Source: a virus. Taken from it: a stretch of DNA of 64,000 bases. The translations under genes and the position numbers were made by a program. Location of the stretch: the IMG/VR virus record IMGVR_UViG_3300042691_015370, positions 64,001 to 128,000 of that record, one strand, 5' to 3'. The notes beneath the pieces were generated by a model. That model did no database searches and was not told the origin of the DNA. It saw nothing but the letters and a program-made list of their open reading frames with translations. Shown piece by piece: positions 17,501 through 25,046 of this stretch. Each line of letters opens with the position of its first letter. Positions within the stretch are counted from its first letter, which is position 1.

Positions 17501-20500
17501 AAAACGACCGCCACCGCCGTACCCACCATAGCCGCCATAGCCGCCACCGCCGCCGTATCCACCACCCATTCCGCCACCAGCAGCAGTGACAGGATCTGAC
17601 AAACGACCAGTTCTTCTAAACTCTTCATCAAGAATTTCTTGATCAGAAAGGTTAAAGCTCTTCTTTAATCTTTCGTACTGAGCGGCAGCTTGAGCTTGTT
17701 GTTGAGCAACATCTTCTGGGCTACCAGCACCGGGACTGAACGCCTGACCCAGAGCGCCGTATGCTCTTGTAGCTGCCTTCGCTCTTCTCTCTTGCCACCT
17801 AGCAGCACCCTCGTCTGCACTCAGTTCACCTGAAACGACGTCATCCCAAATGTCGGCACTCTTGCCCTCTGGGAACAGTCCTCTGCGAGCAGCAGCTTTT
17901 TGTCTTGGGGTTAAGGCTTCCCAATTACCATCACTCAAGTTACGCGCAGCCTGACGCTGGTCAGCAGCGAACTTGGCCTTACGGGCAGCAGCGTCAGACT
18001 CGGCTTTACGATCAGCATCTGCCGTTTCATTTTCGGCCCGAGCACGACGACGTTGCTCTGCTTTCTCCTGTCGCCGTTTTTCGTTCGCTTCGGCAGCCGC
18101 AGCAATAGCGGCTAGACGATCAGCTTCAGTGGCAGGACCGACAAAAGGAGTGCCACCACCATCAATAACATTAGTACCTGCACCCAGTGCTCTGCGCTCT
18201 GCGAGTCTAGCTCTTCTTGCTTCAATATATGGGTCTACTGGAGGTAGAGCAAGAGGCTGTCGTGGCCCATAAAGCGGAATTGGCACACCAGTACCCGGAA
18301 TGTCGGTACCAATCATTAACTCTCTAGCAGAGAAGCGGCGCTGTTCAGGGGTAACTCCCGGCCCCAAGGCAAGAGGTGTTGCAGATCTACCGAGTGCCTC
18401 AGCAGCGGTTGCAGCAGCATCAGTGCCCACAGCAACTGCATGCATCTCAAGAGCCGCCGTGTCCGCAAGGAGAGCTAGCCTCAGTTCTGATGCAGTAGCT
18501 GTAAGGGAATCTAATTCACTGACAAGAACGGCTCCAGAGACTCCCGTGGCAGTAGTACGAGATCTTGCTACTTCATTAGCTCTTGTGAAAATAGCGATCT
18601 GTTCTGGTGTGGCTTCTCCCGAAGCAACTAGGGGTCGCAATTCAGCAAAGTACTCACTTGGAGATAGCTTTGACTGACTCGTTGGGAACAGTGCGTCGGG
18701 ACCACTTAGTCTGTCACCTCTACCAACAATAATCCCCTGATCTTCAAGGATCTGGCGATAAGCTGGATCTAGACCCAGCATATTCTCCATACGATGCTGA
18801 GCTTCGTGCAGGGCTGTAGCCGGTCCAGCGCCGAGAGTTGCTGCACCAGCAGCACCAACCTCACGACTCGTGCCTCCACTAGCTACCCAATCGTCAACAC
18901 CAGCAATCATCTCTGAGTTCATTACCCAGCGACCATCACCCGTCATTGCCCCTAGACGGCCACGGAACTCATCGCTTAGTTCTGAAACAACCTCGGTTCT
19001 TAGATCACCCAGCAGGTTAGGTGCCCCTGCTTGCATAGAACGCATGTATGCTTCAATACCAGATGCGCTACCCAAAATGTCAGGACGACGAGGGGTGCTA
19101 TAAGCGTCAGAACCGGGACCAAGCTCTGGCGGGCGCTTGCCTTCTTGACTTCTGCGAAGTTCTTCCTCTACCTGCTGACTAATTACCTCTGCACTTGGCA
19201 TAAGGCTAACTTGTCTTGGGCTTGGCCCATAAATGGTGCGGTAACCATCATTTCCATAGTAATGAGACAACTTACTGGTGCCCGTCAGGCCCCAGTTTTG
19301 AGACACCGCCTCTGTGTCGTAAAGCGATCCGTAGCTTCCAGACTTAGCATCTAGCCATTCATTATAGGCTCTAATCATCCTTTGTCGAGTACGAAGCGAG
19401 TGATCATATATGTTGTCACGGAACCCTTCAATCCACTGTACATCACCCTCGTCCTCAAGCTGCATTTGAACGAAGTTGATAGCATCAGAAGATTGGGTTT
19501 TACGGTATCTATTGGGACGACTGAATGCTGTCTCACCAGAACCAAGCTCGCCCCTGAAAGGTGGTGGGAAGAGTTCGCTATATGAGAAGGCTCCCCTGAA
19601 GGGTGGTGGCTGTGTTCTGTAGCTTGGCAGTGGCGGAGGAATAGGTCCAGTGTAAGGTGGTAGTCCCCAACCGGGGCCTGAGTATTCGGGACGAGTAACT
19701 CCGGGCAGAGAACCAGTATAAGGAGGCGGTGTTAAAGCTTGCTTATTAGCATCCCATTGAGCTTCAAAGATCTTGTACTGAGCCTCGTCGTCGGTCAAAA
19801 TGCCACGACGAATCATGCGCTCAATACTTGCGGCCGCTGTTACACTAGAATCACGAAGCCGCTCCAAAGACTCTCGCAAATTGGCAGGTACCTCAAGCCG
19901 ACCAGCAGCTAGCCTCTGCTTTTCTGTCCATTCGCTACTATCATCAACGTCGGAACCAGCAAACAGCTTGTTCCACATGATGTCTTTGACACGCTTCTGT
20001 TGAGCAATCTGCTCGGCAGTGCCACGACCAACATCGTAACCAATAACCTCTGCACTAGGTACAGGGCTAAAACGAGATACCCGTCTTGGAGAAGGACCAA
20101 TAACGTTACCATATAGATCATAAGAAAGACCTATAGTACTACCGCCTAGCCCTTCACGAGCCAATCTTTCTTGAATTGCTCCTTGTCGCTGACGGCTTCT
20201 AGGGAAAGCTTCTGCAATTTCTGCACCCGGCTTATTCTCTGTTAGCATGAAGGGCAATGCAGCGTCTTCTATAGCCTGCATGGCAAGGAAGTTCATGTAG
20301 TCAGAAGACTGCGGCCTATTCGGAGTGCTGAAGATAGTGCGGCCCGTGCCTAGAGCAAGCTGCTCACGCACGAAGGAGTCAGTATCAAGACCATACAGCC
20401 AGTCTTTAAGCTCCCTGTTACGAGGACTCTTGCTCAAAACTTGTCCGAAGATATCACCCTCATTGCGAGAAACAACATCACGAACATTCCGAGCAGCCAA

Positions 20501-23500
20501 GCTTGGACTACCGCCTCTACCCAATTCTGAGTAAAGATCAATGAGAGTAAATCCAGCCCTAGGATCGTACATAAAGTTACTAGCTGAACCAGTGTCTGGA
20601 CTAAGGCCCCGCATTCCAACCGCAATCAGAGATTGCAGCATGGCTCGTACCTGAACGATCTCAGGCACAATACCCTTACCCTGCCCAAGAGCCATACCGG
20701 GCGCTAGGCGAGTAATCGGGTGACCGAGCTTATCGACAGCAGCAAGTTGCTCAACACCCGGAATGCCGATTACTTGCTGTAACCCTCTAGTACGCTCTAG
20801 TAGTCGAGCATCTGCAACTTCTGGGAACTCTCCAGTACCCTCATACAGCATCTCATAAATTGAGGGGTTCTCTGGCAGCGGCTCACGCCAAACATAAGAA
20901 GATTTGCCTGCTTTGAATCCATAGGCAGCAGCCTGTGACCCAATACCAATGGGTGAACCAAGAATCTTGCCACGATAAGCGAGAGCCAACTCTTTATCAA
21001 GAGCGGCGCGTTCTTTCGATCTGGCTAGCTGCGCAGCAAGACGTGACTGAGAGGGATCACTGTATTGAGTTGAGGCACCGGGCAGTGCAAGACGTTCAGC
21101 AACACTGCGAGAAATAAGGGGAGTCGCAAGAGCTTGAGCTTCAACCAAAAGAGCCTGAGCTTCAGGACCATCAAGTCTACGCAGTCGTTGAGCGAGGTCC
21201 AAAGAGGCTTGCGGCACTCCCCTTATTTCTCTAACAGATTGGGCAGCATTTTCTACATTACCAAGAGCTTTTTCGACCAAACCGCGCTTACTGTATTGAC
21301 GAGGCAACATATCAAGCTGATAGTCAATAGATGTAAATCCTCTATCGCCCGTAGTGTCGTAGAGAACATTCTTCCAATGACCGTCGCCATGGATACCCCG
21401 CAAACCCAAAGCCGCTTGAGTCCTGAAAAGCGCAAGAATCTCATCCTTAGTGGGGATGTTTCCGAAATACGTTCCCTCGTTTTGTCTATCAACTATTTGC
21501 TTAATAGTTTGGCCGGGGGCACGACGAGTAATTGGCCTACCATCACTAACGGCAACCAACTGCTCCGCACCCGGAATTCCAATAGCCGCCTTAAGACTAT
21601 CTAGTCTAGAATAGATGTTTGGATTTAGCCTTCTGATATCTCTTCTTGCAACATACTCTTGCGAACCCGCAGCAAAACCATAGGCGGAACTGTTCATACC
21701 AGTACCCAACGCCTCTTGGGTTAAGTTTCCACCTCTCAATATTTCATTTAGTGCCAAGCGATCAGACGAACGTTGCAGTTGTGTTATGAGACGAGCATTA
21801 GAAGGAGTACTGTAAGCGTCACGCGGCATGCCAATAGCGAGGCGCTCATCTCTGGCCCAACGTTTTTCAAGATTGAGTTCACGAGAACCCATTGCCATAG
21901 CTTGCTTATGAAGCTTATTGAAGTCCAGTGCCATACCACCAAACTGTTGGCGTAGCGGCTCATACGCTTGAGTGAACCAAGCACGGGTAAAATCATTGGA
22001 CATCTGCGGGAAGGCAAGCTCAGTGGCTGCGACTTCGGCCGTCAATTCATATGGAGTTGCTCTAGAGTAGTTGCTTGGTACAAATCCTGTACCACCAACA
22101 AGACTTCTTCTAGACTGATCTTCAAACGGTGCGCCGGTCCATCTACCGCCAATGTCCGCAATTAACTGTTTACGGTTTTGTGGCACGGGCAGGAAATGTC
22201 CAGCCTCATGAGCAAACAAGGTGCCAAACAAACCTCTACCAACAAGTGCGTTTTCATTATTAACACTCTTGGGCTGTAAACCGCCGAAAAGACGACTACG
22301 AACACCCATAAATCTAGGAGCAAACCCAGACTCACCGAGCATCCTGCCATACTGCCTTTCCCAAGGACTATTAGCATCGGAAGCTACCCTAACGCCCAAG
22401 GCACCGAACTTTGCTACACCAGAACCAAAGCGGCTATCATAGTCAGCCATCATGGAAGCCAAAACAGGCATTGGAGCATTGGCAAATGGCCGTCTTAGCT
22501 GCGTAAGGTCAGTGCCCTTCTTGAGGATATCGGTATTAAAAGTACCATTGAATACGCTATTAAGCGCATCAAGACTTGTTTGGTTAATACTTCGAGATAC
22601 ACGCGTTCTACGGGGACCGACATCATCAAACGATGGGAAGGGCTGGATAGGGGCGAACCGGCTCGTTTGAGAAAAGGCTTGAGGGTACAAGAACTTAGCG
22701 GCAGAAACCGCTTCACGCTCACTGCTAAAGTTTGGAATAATCTTCGCAGCTTCACCGAGTGGATTAAAATTACCTGCACTAGAGAGCATTGCATCAACAA
22801 GTGCTGGCGCATTTCTAAGAGACTTAGCCCTAGCACGAGATGCCATAAACTGCGTCGGTCCATGCCATTGCTCAATAGATGGATCAACAAGAGCTTCTAG
22901 TTTGGGTAGAATCTCTCGGTACTCACGAGTCCGCTGTAGCTGTTGCTCAAGACGTTGCGAGATTGTGCCCGATCGTGGCGTCGAATAAGCGGTCTGCCCC
23001 GCACCAAGCGCTGGGATGCCAAGGTCAGCCAAAGGATCATTTGAACGAGCTTGAAGAGCTAGACGAGCACCCTTGCTAATAAGTCCAGCGTCACCAAGCT
23101 TGGTAATGTCAGCTTCCCAGATACGGCCAGAGTAGAACTTATCACCAGAGAGTCTACCGTCTAGCAATCTACCGGGCTGCACCATACGTGCAACACCGGC
23201 GTTTGCAAATCTCTCCCATAGCGCATTAGCCTGCAATGACACAACATTATCAGACCTTGCCGTAGTAACGCCAAGCCCTGACATCAGCCTTAGCATACTA
23301 TCAATGTACATCCCAGAGCCAAGACCACGACCCCGAGCGCTCGCATCAAGTGAACTTAATGCAACACTAGCAGTTGATGGTTGCCGTACATTTGGAACAT
23401 TCCAGTCAATAAAGCCACGGGCAGAATCACCGGGCTGTCCAAAGTTGTAGTTAAAGGATAGTGGAACGGTAGAATTCTGTAGCGGTGAACTATAAGCATT

Positions 23501-24997
23501 TCTGCCGGGAGTCAATTGACGGGACTGTCGTGCAACGTTCTGTAGAGCATTCTCCTGCTGCCAACGATTGAAAGCAATGTCGGCAGGAGTTATAACCTGA
23601 CCAGAGCCAGTTGTTACTACCTGTGGTCCACCGATACGTTCACCAAACGTTCTTTGAGACAGTGAAGTGGAGGGAACATACTGAGGCAAAGCAAATGTCT
23701 GCCGATACGGCAAAGCCCCAGCTTGAGATGCTGGGGCTAGCGAAGCAGAACCGGTTGGTAGACCAGAAACCGCTGCCGCCTTGCGCTCCAGAGCATCGAT
23801 CAGACCCTGCTCTGCTGCGGCGAAACGACCGTAGCTACCAGTCAGAACAGAGGTTTGTCGATCTAGGGCACGGGACTTGCTCTGAAGGGCACGAATCAGT
23901 ACCTGTTCCTCAAGAGCAAGTTGACTGCCAGTATTTCCATAACCCGGCTTTGCTGGCTCAGTGGCGGGGGCTGTCGGAACCGCCCTAAGTACAGGCTGGA
24001 CAGGAATAGCAATAGCAAGCTGAGCAGACTGACGCTCTTCTCTGCGACGATCTACGAGCGCCTGAGGTGCCACTGGAGCGGGGATCGCCACCATGGCGGG
24101 TTGCTGCACAGAGGTCGCAATAGGACGTGGCAGAGCGGGCTGTGAAGCCTGTACTGATGGGGTGGGAAGTTGACGTGGCCCGCCGACAGCAACGGCCAGA
24201 ACCTGATTATAGGCACGAGCAACTCTATCCCTCGTACTCTGGGCAGCAAACCTGTTGGCCGCAACAATCTCTTTCTGAGAACGAATGACCTGATTCTGGA
24301 ATGCATTGGTCTGCTCCAGCAGAGCCGTGTACTGACGTGCCTGTGCAGTCTGTCCACGGAGAATGCTTTCAAGATCCTTGTTGTACCGATCAGTGATAGC
24401 TGAACTGGTCAGTACCGGAGCGGCAGCGGCGACGTTTCTCGTCACCGACGAAGTTGTAGACGCTATGGCAATAAGGCTGGCTTCTCTGTCGAGCCGCTGA
24501 TTGAAGACCTTGGAGATATCCTCAATACGAATGTTGTCCAGTACGGCAAAAAGTTGCTGTGACTTCTGAGTGAAAGCTGAAGAGAAGACTCGTTCAATTT
24601 CTGCCTGTTGCTGTGGGGCAAAGAAGTTGAAGCCACGAATCTGTTGTTTCAGCTTGTCAAAGTAGAGATCACCGAACCTGTTCAGATCCTGAATCTGGCG
24701 ACCGATGACACGAGATGATGCAGCAAGCTGAGCCTGCATAAGCGCAGCAACACGGCCCTGTGCGGCCATGAGTTCACGCATCTCACCTCGTGAGGTGGCA
24801 ATCGCAGATGTCGCAATAGTATTAGGTGATCCTAGTGCTGCAAGAGTTGTGGGGGGAGCGAGTTCCCCGGCAACACCACCAGCACCCCCTAGGGCACCGG
24901 CCTCAAGCGCACGCAACGAGTTGGCAGTCTCACGAACGCCTCTCTGAATGCCAGAGGTATCAAGATCTACACTAATAAGCCAGCGATCTTCTGCCAT
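11597..24997 (-). CDS. Giant tape measure protein (4466 aa) carrying an N-proximal array of enzyme-like effector modules
   Basis: Follows the frameshifted tail chaperones; TMP-type N-terminus (LISVDLDTSGIQRGVRE); TMP core near 17400-16200 (IKQAIVDLSKETGVGADEIAK); helical repeats at the C-terminus; GNAT, HExxH and kinase motifs in 23480-18380. Confidence 0.9.
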   Translation of the reverse strand: MAEDRWLISVDLDTSGIQRGVRETANSLRALEAGALGGAGGVAGELAPPTTLAALGSPNTIATSAIATSRGEMRELMAAQGRVAALMQAQLAASSRVIGRQIQDLNRFGDLYFDKLKQQIRGFNFFAPQQQAEIERVFSSAFTQKSQQLFAVLDNIRIEDISKVFNQRLDREASLIAIASTTSSVTRNVAAAAPVLTSSAITDRYNKDLESILRGQTAQARQYTALLEQTNAFQNQVIRSQKEIVAANRFAAQSTRDRVARAYNQVLAVAVGGPRQLPTPSVQASQPALPRPIATSVQQPAMVAIPAPVAPQALVDRRREERQSAQLAIAIPVQPVLRAVPTAPATEPAKPGYGNTGSQLALEEQVLIRALQSKSRALDRQTSVLTGSYGRFAAAEQGLIDALERKAAAVSGLPTGSASLAPASQAGALPYRQTFALPQYVPSTSLSQRTFGERIGGPQVVTTGSGQVITPADIAFNRWQQENALQNVARQSRQLTPGRNAYSSPLQNSTVPLSFNYNFGQPGDSARGFIDWNVPNVRQPSTASVALSSLDASARGRGLGSGMYIDSMLRLMSGLGVTTARSDNVVSLQANALWERFANAGVARMVQPGRLLDGRLSGDKFYSGRIWEADITKLGDAGLISKGARLALQARSNDPLADLGIPALGAGQTAYSTPRSGTISQRLEQQLQRTREYREILPKLEALVDPSIEQWHGPTQFMASRARAKSLRNAPALVDAMLSSAGNFNPLGEAAKIIPNFSSEREAVSAAKFLYPQAFSQTSRFAPIQPFPSFDDVGPRRTRVSRSINQTSLDALNSVFNGTFNTDILKKGTDLTQLRRPFANAPMPVLASMMADYDSRFGSGVAKFGALGVRVASDANSPWERQYGRMLGESGFAPRFMGVRSRLFGGLQPKSVNNENALVGRGLFGTLFAHEAGHFLPVPQNRKQLIADIGGRWTGAPFEDQSRRSLVGGTGFVPSNYSRATPYELTAEVAATELAFPQMSNDFTRAWFTQAYEPLRQQFGGMALDFNKLHKQAMAMGSRELNLEKRWARDERLAIGMPRDAYSTPSNARLITQLQRSSDRLALNEILRGGNLTQEALGTGMNSSAYGFAAGSQEYVARRDIRRLNPNIYSRLDSLKAAIGIPGAEQLVAVSDGRPITRRAPGQTIKQIVDRQNEGTYFGNIPTKDEILALFRTQAALGLRGIHGDGHWKNVLYDTTGDRGFTSIDYQLDMLPRQYSKRGLVEKALGNVENAAQSVREIRGVPQASLDLAQRLRRLDGPEAQALLVEAQALATPLISRSVAERLALPGASTQYSDPSQSRLAAQLARSKERAALDKELALAYRGKILGSPIGIGSQAAAYGFKAGKSSYVWREPLPENPSIYEMLYEGTGEFPEVADARLLERTRGLQQVIGIPGVEQLAAVDKLGHPITRLAPGMALGQGKGIVPEIVQVRAMLQSLIAVGMRGLSPDTGSASNFMYDPRAGFTLIDLYSELGRGGSPSLAARNVRDVVSRNEGDIFGQVLSKSPRNRELKDWLYGLDTDSFVREQLALGTGRTIFSTPNRPQSSDYMNFLAMQAIEDAALPFMLTENKPGAEIAEAFPRSRQRQGAIQERLAREGLGGSTIGLSYDLYGNVIGPSPRRVSRFSPVPSAEVIGYDVGRGTAEQIAQQKRVKDIMWNKLFAGSDVDDSSEWTEKQRLAAGRLEVPANLRESLERLRDSSVTAAASIERMIRRGILTDDEAQYKIFEAQWDANKQALTPPPYTGSLPGVTRPEYSGPGWGLPPYTGPIPPPLPSYRTQPPPFRGAFSYSELFPPPFRGELGSGETAFSRPNRYRKTQSSDAINFVQMQLEDEGDVQWIEGFRDNIYDHSLRTRQRMIRAYNEWLDAKSGSYGSLYDTEAVSQNWGLTGTSKLSHYYGNDGYRTIYGPSPRQVSLMPSAEVISQQVEEELRRSQEGKRPPELGPGSDAYSTPRRPDILGSASGIEAYMRSMQAGAPNLLGDLRTEVVSELSDEFRGRLGAMTGDGRWVMNSEMIAGVDDWVASGGTSREVGAAGAATLGAGPATALHEAQHRMENMLGLDPAYRQILEDQGIIVGRGDRLSGPDALFPTSQSKLSPSEYFAELRPLVASGEATPEQIAIFTRANEVARSRTTATGVSGAVLVSELDSLTATASELRLALLADTAALEMHAVAVGTDAAATAAEALGRSATPLALGPGVTPEQRRFSARELMIGTDIPGTGVPIPLYGPRQPLALPPVDPYIEARRARLAERRALGAGTNVIDGGGTPFVGPATEADRLAAIAAAAEANEKRRQEKAEQRRRARAENETADADRKAESDAAARKAKFAADQRQAARNLSDGNWEALTPRQKAAARRGLFPEGKSADIWDDVVSGELSADEGAARWQERRAKAATRAYGALGQAFSPGAGSPEDVAQQQAQAAAQYERLKKSFNLSDQEILDEEFRRTGRLSDPVTAAGGGMGGGYGGGGGYGGYGGYGGGGRFYGNNGKPSRFTAFRQAVRGDDSLGGWFGEGAIQSMKYALPSMLLFGVGAGLVGALKEAEELKFALARLDSQLAQTFGEDAKGKIDGIKQAIVDLSKETGVGADEIAKMEISIRGAFLGETIKGAGDRSISGEELVKEQREAAAKLAVVADLPTKTLSDQAIAIGLSFGESNELIGNKLTAVASESGVDVASQVEFLSSIAPIAKQSGFTSDEIIAIGATIAQTSGRTGGALAEQLGRVLPSVPGNKDALLQLAYKDPGFGPDFIDALREGTTADVFKALPQALPNISKESEEQLYQLLGGRREAGVVIGAFAKPQNTERFEARASDSEGALEKRFERQKETLTTQMRILGEQFRTIMVYALDAGLEDMFKVLIDSLKLLATVISPVAKLFTFINEILGGTPAKILGAVAAWKLLRMAIQHGGEVMTRTNAIYTGAMTQGVGGFYSPVGKATVLDPTKYPDGSDAVAKPMPDGKGGYYAVTPTGARYAVDENGKSQVLYSGTSEQRRMAGNVWAPDSFAQYRSNIQRGMYDRAGGFAARYENYRSGAPIGRGGVRLAGPILPDSGTGKIQAGLRAGVGTAATKIGGGGAAALAGAVGSLVSNPFIAIMALTAAYSAVNSMLDQDTAALRELYETSKEGNEGARKLAALGIDGSESALSKRAAELRSQARTAESDRGGWDRWWRPIFNRESEASILRGQAVLAEIPIERATALDDLRANPEIAREVYFQTFGMTAALSGGFNDRGVAGGAAIAGGGSRGTRPGRDATPRQIREAFGRQSPALQEMQRENIDEARLSLRRRAKNEQSLLNQIFDDNGIVGGSSGRLRTERLSDNEAALKAAYAEALGYQNPDNMSAEVVEVITADDPQAELERMQAEGNLNEDQVARIRAGLEKAAQVSLDDPETQRKMREAKLEDMTRAERLNFDITEASSRFSAGRTGTKGLIEESTEALRTMRQSMYGGDTAPSEEDLQAYAQAKRQAEQQISQALRGEVDRSLQMMEIFGASEAGIQAAQLSAYVDLLNNASFDDRDQRLEVAAQVVDAKKAFYASLFANTTDDASVIERMRQDEGLRAANNAVITDSFKASEAFAAGIEAYDAIRARSGSNEAGPADGDTFSRKDALGANVNYTYDADKELWIAEDDQGTAQPGRNATTAQLVKDFGYTPPTGEDSVFGEGLIPRSALSGEAFTESIVRDYLDDNTLSASNTRDLKSSFAVTKDKLAELKADPEASEEDIKKLEEHLQFLYALLEFVGMAGDVKLPAGVAPPPDLPSPEEVERNLKRQEDAFILAGEEREDNREYRRSRINAMRSNDPVAAAVAEENAARDKRDRIIRDRDRAQARGGEDWSEEAQQQYADDLEDANFDVEESEIETRNARRQQERRTRAARAGAQGAKQAATGDTLGAARTNWEAAAIEWQKAKESFAAGEATQADVDEAEQAYWAAQSQYMDAITASATRRFRLANSRTFNPMEIARNNVLAAIAARDRYAPGTAEWDEANVAVGEAQKAEFEQGIAVNRSRNSLNIARWAGGNDVKRAYGALLNNQFDIDVASGKGDEAALNAALEQKLELQRAFELALNAQMQSLGRLFKALAKDSLQGANIDVAVAQNSLADMERIFGKDSAQYADAWTALLEAEKAQRAAYAARVRALFGLKKSRTNDNLANANMDTQAAAQILADARKGGDIDEIMAAEEAYNNAIKAERQAYRARVEALFGLLNARTRDPMQQSDNNIKMLNQLLADAKKANDIDAIIDLETRLADAQRTAADAMQNIRTSAMELRQAELLAIEDEVGAAQVARQQAQAQLQYGIDQGMGEAEINRLRAAAISADKAAQDAVYTDRYDEYKYMLEMNEISKSTYMAHIKNLQSTVIPGSKKFKELELELKRLKDDMSSDLSINMPSTLGLPTVYEIRRMNQQTSYNAGGQAMGYTDGRQLNMGGVTINSGMDFQQFMDVMIQFMGVPGTRGSYEPHY

Positions 24998-25046
24998 ATT
25001 TCCTCGCTCTTAACGCACCTGCACTCTAAACCTTAACGGCTAGAGC

